In this document: positions 52,308 to 64,000 of the stretch, one piece after another
Position numbering within the stretch: the first letter of the stretch is position 1
Layout of the letters: the number at the start of each line of letters is the position of its first letter
Assembly: GCF_036588685.1 (NCBI RefSeq)
Contig: NC_086377.1
Coordinates: 5,394,001 to 5,458,000 of the forward strand
Length of the DNA stretch: 64,000 bases
Reading direction: 5' to 3'
Source of the DNA: Mytilus trossulus
Lineage: Eukaryota
Notes under the pieces: model-generated
Told to the model about the DNA's origin: nothing
Databases searched by the model: none
The model's input: the letters and a program-made list of their open reading frames with translations, nothing else
Made by a program: the position numbers and the translations under genes

Positions 52308-52625
52308 TTAATGTTTATTGTCACAAGAAAAATCCAAATTCGACAAGCTACTACAAGCAGAGGGTCTAGATCCATGCAATGTGCCATGGTGACACTGGCA
52401 CTGCATTGCTGTGTCTGATAGAAAACAATCGGAATGAACTTCGTGGCAAGAACCACCGGACTTTCCTTTGCACTTGCAACATGTATTACAGTCAAGCCAT
52501 AGGTGTCCAGTTGCAGCAGAACTCCATCCAGTGCATCTCGACCATGTTTCCCAACAACCACCTTTGGTCTGCTTCAATTCGAGCACAAAAACCAGCAAGC
52601 AAAGTGAATATACAAACAACTTCAT
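52308..52625 (-). CDS. Macin-family antimicrobial peptide precursor (mytimacin-5-like), copy B
   Basis: Protein identical to copy A; two synonymous differences (52359, 52581). Confidence 0.93.
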   Translation of the reverse strand: MKLFVYSLCLLVFVLELKQTKGGCWETWSRCTGWSSAATGHLWLDCNTCCKCKGKSGGSCHEVHSDCFLSDTAMQCQCHHGTLHGSRPSACSSLSNLDFSCDNKH

Positions 52626-54480
52626 TCTCTGAAATAGATTAAGAATATAGGATACATTTATTTATTCACTACTGTATAAAATAAACATGGTCATGTTAAA
52701 TTATAAAGATCTGTTAACCATGTACCCTATACATTACCGGACTCATATTTTAGACATACAGTCAATTATTGTATCCTATATTTACCCAGCAATTTCTTCA
52801 AGTTACATGTACAACATGTCATATGTTAATTTACAAACTTGAAAACACTAGTAATATTTATACATTGTTATCAATTAGGAATGTCTACAATGTTTTCATG
52901 TATTTGCAACTTTTCAATTTCACACCAGTATACTGTTTTCTAGTGAGGCAAATTGTAAACTTCCTGTCTATTATAGTTACGGAGGTTTCAAACTGCCAGT
53001 TTAACATTCTAAATATAAAGTGCAAACATATCTAAGCCCACTCAAATGACGACAATACCCCACTGGTATTCAATGTCCAAAACGTTCGATGAAAGTTAAG
53101 ATTAACGGTATACAAAAAAAATCCTAGAAAAATATCATCCTCGATACAGACTGAGGCTTAAATTATCATTGTTTAGCTAAATATCGTCAAAAACATCAGA
53201 TTTCTAAATATAATATTATGCAGATAGTTAATTAATTTAAAGATATGAAACGAAACCAAAAGGACGGTTTTTACAATACATTTCTAATACGTAACTGGCA
53301 CTCTGGGCCCTGCGTGAACATAGAGACAGGAAATGTACCCAAATTCCGTAAGGTGTTTTTTGTGGTTTTTTTTTATAAATATTTCTATTGATATTTGTAA
53401 ACTTTATCTCGAGTGATCGATCTTTGACATATTATATATAAAATTTCATCTTTGATGTCGTTCATTGATAAAAAAAAATATATGTTTCATAAAGACAACT
53501 ATGCCACTTTCATAAGGGTTTACTTTCGAGAGCAACTAGAATGTACGATAGATTGACGGGTCATACAAAGATTTCCTGCTTAAATGTGCACTCCTCTGAG
53601 CTATTTAATGCTTTAAATGTTACCAGATAATTTTGTTTATGATGTTCAACTTAATTTGAGTATCCAACCGACTGCTTGCAGCCCGTAAGCTATTGAATAT
53701 TGAATATATCTAATATCGAACCGGCCGCTAACTTATCATGTATACGTAAATATGTGGGTGTGAATTAAATCATTACTCAGAAAACCAGCAACGTAATTGA
53801 ATGTTCTTTTGCTGATTTTTTTTAATCTATCAAAACATTTTGACCAGATAGTTTTTAATGTTTTTTTTTTTTATTCAATCATACTTATCATTTACACACT
53901 ATACACTAATTATACTAAATTGTCTAGTATAATATCGCAGTTTTCAAATATTCCCTACAATATCACACCTATAAAGTTAATTCTTTAAACATATTGACTT
54001 CTCACTCTGATTACATTTAATTAAAATCAAAATTTACAGATTGTTTCCATCCAAACAAAACTAATAATTCTTATCAATACAGATATGCTTAAATGAAAAC
54101 AAAGATTTTTTCAAACGAATAGATTCAAACATGTCAAATGCATTGACACATTCAATTTAATTTTAGCATTGTGAGTCAATACATCTTAGACTTTTTTTTT
54201 GTCTAAATTGAACATAAAACTATAATTTAAAGCAACGAAATTAAAAAAAAACTAAAAAAGCTTACTCATATACAAATTAGATCATTTTTGTGAAGTATGT
54301 ATTAGTCACATTCACATTGAGTTCACATATTAAGATATGTTTCGTCTTTTATTTTGCCGGAGAACATATAAACTCGCATATTTTTTTTTCAAAAGATGCA
54401 TGAGTTTGATGGTTCCGGCATTATACATTTGAAAGGCTAAATATACGTTTATATAAAGCATTCGAAAAAGACACACTTAC

Positions 54481-54610
54481 CGTTTAAAGTATCACTGCAG
54501 AGTTTTAGTTAGATAGGTTACCTAAAGCTGCTCGTGCAATGTTTATATATGTTTATATATAATCCTTATCTCATGAAGTCTAAATAATGATCGTGCTTAT
54601 CATGTAAAAG
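54481..54610 (-). promoter_or_regulatory. Putative non-coding exon 1 and promoter of macin copy B
   Basis: Donor at 54481/54480; tandem TATATAAA at 54549-54542 and 54559-54552; GATA motifs upstream. Confidence 0.6.
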
Positions 54611-55522
54611 TTTTGCGTCTTAACAAAACAACGAGCACCTGTTACATAGATATGCAAATATTTAAAGTTGAATCAGTTTGATTAAATTGAAATGTAGTTT
54701 TGTACCGCTATCCATATTGCATTTGGTTAGGACTTTCTGATTCTAATTTTCCTCCGATTTCTGTTTTTTTATATTTTACTTTAATTCTTTTTTATTCATT
54801 ACCCCTTTCAAAACTTCATTTTCTGTTCAATATATGTTTGAAAACCACTTCCACAAACCCTATTTAAACCGATACAAACTTACAGCTATCAGTTCAGATA
54901 TTGCAAACCAGTGCGCATTTGAAAAGAGGAAAAAGAGAAAAGACATTTTCTAAAAAATTCTAATGACAGCAATTTCCTTCTTCATAAATCAATTCTATCG
55001 AAAATACCTCCTTATGTAAGGTTCAATCTGTACCTATCATTTCTTAACCTTATAACAACTAAAATATTCAATTAAAAATACGTTTTGCCGGATCTCAATA
55101 TTGACGACTTCAAGTCTTAACCTCCTGATTGCACCTGTTCTAGTTCCTTTTCACATATTTTCAGGTAGGCCACGTTATTACCGGTGACCTCAAAATTGTC
55201 ATTAACACTTCACTGCAAATTATTTCATCAAAAGGACCGAAACATCGTGAGCTTAAATCCATCAATTTGAAATACAACTCTACTATATTGATGGATTAAG
55301 TCGAAGATTATGCCGATCATTGTAATAAACGCGAGAAAGAAGACATAGATACTCTTTCTGAATGGATTGAGGCTATATTGTCGTTGATATAAATCAGGAT
55401 TATAAAACTGAATGGGTCTATGAAAAAAAACGTGCTACGTTAAAGTGTCAAAACCCGATTGTAGCAAATTACTTGTCCTACCTCCATGACAAATATGTTG
55501 TTGTCTTAGATGCCTCTCAGAT

Positions 55523-57095
55523 GAATCTATTTGGAACTCTTAATTTAATAGCTTCCTTGTCAGTAGTAACCCTCTATCAAGAAAATCATGATAGGAAATG
55601 CAAGCACAGGAATATCGTATCAATTGGGAGAAATATACCCCGTATGCAGGTGCTGCTGGAATGTTGCTACTTAGAATTAGAAAGTTCACAATTGGAAAGC
55701 TGACATCATCTCTTTTGTCGTAAAGTTTTGTTTTCAACCGATCCTCATTGTCAATTTCTAGATGAAAGTCAAGCTATGAAGCCGACTTAACTGTATCTGT
55801 AGTATCCTTTATCTCCAATTCGACTGGATATATGCGTTCCACATAGTCACCAAATTTTGAATTGTTAAGTGAAAGAACGTCATCTATATAGCGGAAAGAG
55901 TTAAAGGATATTGCTAACTTCTTATCTTTCTTCCTAAGAACTTCCTGCATGAAGTCAGCCTCATAATAATAAAGAAACAAGTCGGCAAGTAGAGGGGCAC
56001 AGTTTGTTCCAATTGGGATGCCGACAGTCGGTTGAAAAACACGTCCTCCGAACGTAACAAATATGTTGTCAATTAAGAAATCAAGCATCTTCATAATATC
56101 GGTTTCAGAGAATTTATTTTTGAATCAGAGTGATTATTTACAAAGTAAGATTTATCCCTTCCTAAGACTAGATACTTGTATCTACGTTGGCCATTCTTTT
56201 TTATGAAGCAAAGTAATACTAACTCTTTCAATTTGTCTTTCAGTTTGGAATGTGGAATACTTGTGTAAAGAGTAGAAAAGTCAAATGGTTTAATACTGTT
56301 AAAAGATGAAAGAGAGTTAAATTGTATGTACCCTAAAAGATCTTTGGAATTTTTAAGTATCGTATCCACATCTGATTCACCCAACCTCTAGAATAGGCAG
56401 TTTCACAATAACTTTGAAGCCCGTCTTTGATAGCTGATAAAATAGATGTTAATAATTTAGAAAGATGTTTCGTGGAGCACTTGGAAGACCCAGCAATATA
56501 CCGTTGTGTGTAAGGAAACTTATGTAGTTTAGGTATCCAATACAGTGATGGAAGATCCAGTTCTTCTTCTTTGGTTGAAATATCAAAAGAACAAAGAACA
56601 GACCTATGATTATCCAGGATTTTCTTTATGGTACCTGTCGTGAGGGTTAATGTTGAGTTTCCAAATGAATTGTCTATACCTAATTCGTTTATCAAGCAAT
56701 TAATGTAATTACTTTTACAGACAAAAACGATGTTATTTGGGGCTTTGTCTGCGGGGACAACAACATATTTATCATGGAGGTCGGATAGGAATTTAGCAAC
56801 ATTTGGGTCTTTAAAGATTGACGGAGCATGGGCATTGATTGACCAATTTAGTTTTTTTTAATTCTGATTTGTATCAACGACCTCACTGCCTTAATCCATT
56901 CGGATAGAGTGTCTACGTCTTCCTTCTTGCGCTTAGCCCATTGCCTGGCATAATCCGCGACTGAATCCATCAAAATTTTAAAGTTGGATTTCCAATTGAT
57001 TGATTTAGGCTCACGATATTTCGGACCTTTCGATAACACATTTCGTAGAGAAGTGTTATTAACAATGTTAAAGTGACCGGTAATAACGTGGCCAT
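55523..57095 (-). mobile_element. Naiad-type Penelope-like retroelement RT, longest copy, frameshifted
   Basis: KGPKYREP, LYWIPKLHK, FDFSTLYTSIPH, GIPIGTNCAPLLADLFL, FRYIDDVLSLNN, YDKRDD and AYGVYFSQLIRYS in RT order. Confidence 0.88.
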
Positions 57096-58289
57096 TATCT
57101 AAGGGAAGGATACATCATACATAAATTTCTGATCGATTTTGATCGACGTGTTTTTTTACCGACTTGTATATATTTGGTTGATGTATAAGCTCTCAATTAT
57201 GACGACTTTCTACGTATACCAAAGACATTTATCCTGTTGAACTTAATTCAAATAAAACTAATACTAACAATGACCACTGCCCTTTCCTCGATCTTGATAT
57301 TTATATCATTAACGGAAAGCTTAATACAAAAAATTATGATAAAAGAGATGATTTTTCATTTTCTATCGTTAATTATCCATTTTTAAATGGTGAAGTTCCC
57401 TTGTCGTCACCATCTTATAATGTTATATATCTCAACTTGTACGATTCGCTATTATATGTAACAACGTATTATATAAATTTATGTACTACTGAAAAATTAT
57501 TACACCAGGGTTTTCGATATTACAAACTAGTCAAAACATTCACTAAATTTTATCATCGGTATTAGGAAATAATTCGTAAATATAACTCAGCATGCAGACA
57601 TCTTATACGTTCAAGTATTTCATATCCAATCTTTTATTGTAATATTATTTACAAGGCATAAAATTGTCAGTATTGACCTCAAAAGCTTACATAATCTTTA
57701 AACATAATTATAACGTATAATTCGGAGTTATTTTTGAAGGGGGCATCTGAATGACGCCTCCGAGTACGGGAGTTTCTCGCTACATTGAAGACCCATTGGT
57801 GGCCATCGGACGTTGTCTGCTCTATGGTCGGGTTGTTGTCGCTTTGATATATTACCCATTTCCTTTCTCATTTTTATTGTAACTTAATCATTATGATAAA
57901 ACTCAGAATGGAAATGGGGAATGTATCAAAGAGACAACAACCCGACCATAGAAAAAAAACCTGGTGTAATAATTTTTCAGTAATACATACATTCCTCTCG
58001 TTAAAATCTAAAACATTGTTACATACACGAGCGAATCGTACAAGTTGAGATATATAAACACCGTAAGATGGTGACAAGGGAACTTCACCATCTAAAAACG
58101 GATTAATTAACGATAGTAAATGAAAAATGACCCCTTTTATCATAAATTTTAGTATTCAGCTTTCCATTAGGGATATACTACACAAATTAGGTCGTTAGTG
58201 TTCTCGTTTGAATTGTTTTACTTTTGTCTTTTCGGGGCCTTGTATATAGTTGATTATGCATTGAGGGCTTTACTCATTGTTTAAGGCAG

Positions 58290-59205
58290 TACCCATAATG
58301 ATATCATACAAACCTGCCCTACAACAAATATAACTTTACGCATAATCATCTCATACGAGCCTGCCATACAATACATATCATTTTACCCAAAATGATCTCA
58401 TACGAGCCTGTCCTACAACGCATATAATTGTATGCATAATCATCACATACGAGCCTGTCCTACAACACATATAATTTTACTCATAATCATCTTATTCGAG
58501 CCATCCCTTCAACAAATATTGTTTTACCCATAATGATCTCATACGAGCCTGCCCGTCAACACGTATAATTTTACTCATAATCATTTTATACGAGTCTGCC
58601 CAACAACACATATATAATTGTTCTCTTAATGAGATCATACGAGCCTACACTACAACACATGTAATTTTACTCATAATGATCTAATACGAGCCAGTCCTAC
58701 AACACATAGAATTTTACCCATTATGATCTCAAAAGAGGGACGAAAGATACCAAAGGGACAGTAAAACTCGCAAATCTAAAACAAACTGACAACGCCATGG
58801 CTAAAAATGAAAAAGACAAACAGAAAAACAATAGTACACATGACACAACATAGAAAACTAAAGAATAAACAACACGAACCCCACCAAAAACTAGGGGTGA
58901 TCTCAGGTGCTCCGGAAGGGTAAGCAGATCTAGCCTATTCTACAACACGTATTATTTTACCCATAATAAACTCAAACGAACCTGTTCGACAACACATATC
59001 ATTTGACCCATAACGAGCTCATACGAACCTGTCCTACAACACATATCATTTTACTCATAATGATCACATACGAGCCTGCCCTACAATGCATATTATTTTA
59101 CCCATAATGATCTCATACGAGCCACTCCTACAACTCATATAATTTTACCCATAATGAAAGCATACGAGCCTACTCAACACCACATATCATTTCACACATA
59201 TACAA
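58290..59205 (-). repeat. 47-bp tandem array in reverse orientation, interrupted by a ~200-bp retroelement-tail insertion (58731-58930)
   Basis: Reverse-complement units CATACGAGCCTGTCCTACAACACATAT...; the insertion AAAAGAGGGACGAAAGATACC...GGTAAGCAGATC is related to 19300-19420 and 59235-59400. Confidence 0.85.
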
Positions 59206-62200
59206 TTAGTAAAAAGCAAAAAGTCATATCAATTGATATCAAAGGGACAGTCAAACTTATAGATAAAACATAAACTAGGAACGCCATGACGAAAACGGGA
59301 AGACAAACAGACTTTTAATAGTACACAAGAAACAGCAAAGAACACGAATCCCACCAAAAGTTCGGGGTTATCTTTTATGTACTGTACCGGATGGTTAGTT
59401 ATATACTGCTCCATATGTCTCTTTATTACAAACCCGAAAATAGTCTACTTCGGTAGTTCACATGGGTATTGTAGACACATTTAAAGGAACATCCATTGTA
59501 TATGATATCATCTGTGAAACGGTTATTCCATAGTAGTCAACCAACCCGTAATGGCGTACGTAAAGTTTACAAAGGGATGATTTCAACTTCAACATTGAGA
59601 ACTCTTAATGTTATTGCTTCCTTGTGATCAGCTATTTGTAATAAAGGAAACTATGACAGAACATACTAGCCCAGGAATATCGTATCAATTTGGAGATATA
59701 TACTATGTATGCAAGCGCTGCTGGAATGTTGTTAAATAGAAATGGAAAGTTCACAATTAGGAAGTATAAAGTAATCTCTTTTGTCAAAAAGTATTGTTTC
59801 AACCGACGTGCATTGTCATTTCTAGATATAAGTCAAGATAAGAGACATAAGTAGCTGTACCTGTTGTATCCTTTATCTCTAGTTCGATGGGATAGATGCA
59901 TTAACAAAGTCACAAAATTTATATAGTAGAAAATGAAGTTAAATAATATTGCTAACTTCTTATCTTCCTTCACGTCAGCCTCATTATGATAAAAATTTAT
60001 GATAAAAAGAGATGATTTTTCATTTCCTATCGTTAATTATCCATTGTTAGATGGTGACGTTCCCTTGTCACCATCTTACGGTGTTTATATATCTCAATTT
60101 GTCTCAAGATTCGCTCGTGTATTTTCTTTAAAAATTGTTATTTGGATGGAGAGCTGTCTCATTGGCACTCACACCACATCTTCCTATATCTATGTAACAA
60201 TGTTTTAGATTTTAAAGAGGGAAATTTATGTACTAAAATTATTACACCAGGGTTTTCGATATCACAAACTAGTCAAAACATTCACTAAATTTTATCATTG
60301 GTATAAGGACATCATTCGTAGATATAGCTCAACATGCAGACTTCTTATACGTTTAGGTATTTCACATCCAATTTTTATGGAAATATTCTTTATAAAGCAC
60401 AAACATGTCAGTATTCACCGCGAAACTAACTAAACCTTTAAATACACTTATTAAGAAGGGATATAGTTACGATACTATTGTCAGGTCATTAAAAATTGCT
60501 TATGTTGGCGTTAATATTGATTCACTTATAGGGTCTTAACGTCGGAACTATCTTCTCATATATGTTATGATGGTATGATACTAAACCCCTAGCGGGAAGG
60601 ATTTTGCCTGATATTCATCATGTTCATCAGTTTAATTGAAGTCTGGAGCTGGCATGTCAGTTAACTACTGGTAGTCTGTTGTTATTTATGTATAATTGTC
60701 ATTTTGTTTATTTTCGTTGGTTACATCTTCTTACATCGGACTCGGACTTCTCTTGAACTGAATTTTAATGTGCGTATTGGTATGCGTTTACTTTTCTACA
60801 TTGGTTAGAGGTATAGGGGGAGGGTTGAGATCTCACAAACATGTTTAACCCCGCCGCATTTTTGCGCCTGTTCAAAGTCAGGAGCCTCTGGCCTTTGTTA
60901 GTCTTGTATTTTTTTTTTTTAGTTTCTTGTGTACAATTTGTAAATTAGTATGGCGTTCATTATCACTGAACTAGTATATATTTGTTCAGGGGCCAGCTGA
61001 AGGACGCCTCTGGGTGCGGGAATTTTTCGCTACATTGAAGATCTGTTGGTGACCTTCTGCTGTTGTTTTTTTATTTGATCGGGTTGTTGTCTCTTTGACA
61101 CATTCCCCATTTCAATTCTTAATTTCATTTTGAATATACTTTGGTTTCCTAACTCGCATGTATAAAGACGACTTTAATTGATTTTAACTTGTCATCAAAA
61201 TGAATATGCCAAGGAACGTGAACCACACACTGTATCGGAAAATTTAATTGGATGCATGGCATTTTGAAAAAAAAAAAAATTTATTATTGAAATACATTAT
61301 ATTTTTATTAATTATCGAAGGTGATTTAAACGGTTGGCAGATCTTATAATTATTTTCCTGTAGTGTATTGCACCACTTTAAAGGTATACTCTCCTGTAAA
61401 CCTTGATTTTTATTAGACTTTTGACCATCAGACAGATACAAGTCATACATCATAATTTTTTTTAATAATTAACTTAATTTAGTATAACTTTCAAGGTATA
61501 TTTATAGATGCTGTCCTATTACTATAACACATTCAAAAAGGAATATGCAATCAATCTTCTCATGGACATATTGGTTTGCTTGCACTTTTGCGGTTACAAT
61601 GTTAAATAGAATAGTGATCGGTCAGTCATATATTTAGTTTCTGAAGTTTGTAAGATTTCTGTTTCCTTCAATATATTAACTATATAGAATGAAAACAATT
61701 ATATGGTGTTAAAATATAGCACTGTTTTTTTTTATTCAATTTCTATAAATTATTCGTATATAAAAAAGTAAAATCACAAAAATACTGAACTCAGAGGAAA
61801 ATCATTTTAGAAAGTCCATAATCACATGGCAAAATCAAAAAACAAAACGCATCAAAAACGAATGGACAAGAACTGTCATAATTGGTACTGAATAAAAAAA
61901 AAGTAGGTACAGAGTTCAGTATTTTTGTGATTTTACTTTTTACTATCCTACTACTTATCATAATAGTTCTCCAACTGAAACAGGAAACAAAATTGTGCAC
62001 GTATTATCTTAACTGAACAGCATAGTCTTCATAACATGCATGATATCACGATGGATACAGATAGAATTGTCATACTCAAGTCATGCTCAAGTCGAACGTA
62101 AACTAACACATCACGGACGACAAACAATTCGAAAAATTATCATATGATAAACAATATACAAAATACAACAAATAAATAACCAGGAAATGATCACCATATT

Positions 62201-63044
62201 TCGGTGATATCAGATGCTAATGTTAGAATGGATAAAAAAAATTAAGGAATTATATCGATTCTAATAGGACAATAAAGTATTTTTTATAGGTCGAAGCGTA
62301 CGAAAATACCGTAAAAATGTTTGGCTTTTCCCGTTTCCTCCCCGAGGAGTTTCTGCATTACATTTCATATTTGATAAGTTTAAAAACTATGACCAGGGTA
62401 AATATATGTTGTTTTATAAAATTGTAATAATAAAAATTTATGCTAGCTGCTTAGATGTAAACATTTTAAAGGATAGCGATGGAAATAACCTTTATATATA
62501 CAGTAAGTTTGTGCGCATGTGTCAAACATATTTTTTATGCTCATTAGAACACGGCTTTGTTTACAAAGCGTAATAAGGACGTCATGTGTTGTTAACAGGA
62601 AATTTATAAAAACGACCATACAATTGATATTCGTGTCAACACAAACGTGCTGATTATTGGGCTGGTGAAACCCTTGGGGACGAAACGGACAGATCCTGCG
62701 CGTGTAAACATAAAATGATATAACATATAAGTAATCGACAGCAAACGATCAATACATCCGAAAAGAAGAATGTGTTTTAAACTAAGGCATTTGTGATTAG
62801 GTTTAGATATAGTAGTTGCTTAATGCTTTAAATAAATTCTAAATTTCGTCAACTGAAAAGTCATGAAAAATATTAAAACATCAAATATATTGCATCTCAT
62901 TCGGGTAACACGATTGACTGAATTACAATACCGCTATTAATGGAATATAACAAGTTTAATGACGGAATAACACTTGAAAGTTTATATAAGAATATATTGG
63001 TGACTTTTATACATCGATTCACGACGATTGTCCAATAATATTTA

Positions 63045-63800
63045 TAGATTATTACATGGCATTTTCCATATGGCCCTGGTATCAGCCCTAGACTCCCATA
63101 TCAAGCCAGAGGGCTTTAGCCCGAGGGCTTGATATGGGTCGTGGGCTGATACCATGGACCATATGGAAAATGACATGTAGTAATCTATTTATCACATATT
63201 TTCAAGCCGGAGAAAACAAATAGCTTTCACCATATTATGTTTGATATTTCATCAAAAATCAAAAAGATATTTAACGAAAAAAATAAATAAATGTATCACT
63301 GTGAGTTAGTTCAAAGAAAGTTCGTATCACAATATGTTTACAAAGTTTTGTGAAAAGTTTCAGAAATACAAATGTAATTAACAATAAATATGTTAATTCT
63401 AAGAATTGCAAATATTAAACCACTTTAAAGTGTTACATTACAAATGTAAAAAAATGCGTAGCAAGAATCCTATATCGCTACTCATTCCAGTGTGGCGTCA
63501 TATAATTTCTAAATTCCTCATGACGTCAAAATTTCACGGGAACTTTTGTGATTTTCACTGTTGATTTATACTTTTTTCTTCTACAGCACATTTGTAACTT
63601 TCTAAATTTCTTTTCATTGTGTTCAACTTATTTACAAATAGCCTTTGATTGACAGGTTACCGGAAGTTAAACTGGGGGGCTTGATATGGATTTCGAGGGC
63701 TGATATCGATATCGGCCCCGAGGGCTGATAACCAACCTTGACTTCCGGCTAATATTTGCCATGCAAAAACATACATATCAGTACAAAATATGTGATAAAA
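63045..63800. mobile_element. Hairpin-ended non-autonomous element with asymmetric subterminal inverted repeats
   Basis: Same palindrome at 63045-63187, then TTTATCACATATTTT (63188), which is inverted as AAAATATGTGATAAA at ~63785; partial arm copies at 63678-63735. Confidence 0.65.
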
Positions 63801-64000
63801 TATTATAAATGTATTTTTGTATATTGAAAATGATTTATAGTAAGCAGGTTAGTTCGTAAAGATCATTATAAACATATAAATATAGAGTGTTTAAATCCAA
63901 CATGGCAGCCATTGTGTTTAACTTAGTCATCATTATTGGATGTACGCACTTTATTTATAATGACCTATATGGATGTACGCACTTTATTTATAATGACCTA

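Larger units (their letters stand above)
44510..63340 (+). repeat. Copy B of the segmental duplication
   Basis: Colinear with copy A; the macin CDS is offset by exactly 19824 bp. Confidence 0.9.

Overview
AT-rich, intron-containing, repeat-dense eukaryotic DNA. It is most likely a bivalve, probably a Mytilus mussel; this is inferred from the macin gene, the Gly-rich shell-type protein and the repeat families. Host genes: (1) an intact two-exon minus-strand gene (ATG 17617, stop 14310) for a ~766-aa secreted Gly/Asn/Tyr-rich block-repeat protein with a basic shematrin-like tail; (2) a convergent plus-strand pseudogene of a related GYGGE[S/C]-repeat protein (5.7-9.2 kb), split by a TTAA-flanked MITE and later tandemly duplicated; (3) two copies of a 12-Cys macin antimicrobial peptide gene (mytimacin-5-like; 32484-32801 and 52308-52625) inside a ~19-20 kb direct duplication (~21950-41590 vs ~44510-63340). 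The rest is mobile DNA: a Sola-like DNA transposon carrying an OTU-like domain with a nested Tc1 element, many Naiad-type Penelope-like retroelement fragments, hAT transposase relics, a tRNA-derived SINE, TTAA MITEs, 47-bp satellite arrays and a hairpin-ended element. A ~0.9-kb module present five times may be a decayed EGF-like multi-exon gene. All calls come from reading the sequence by eye; no searches were run.
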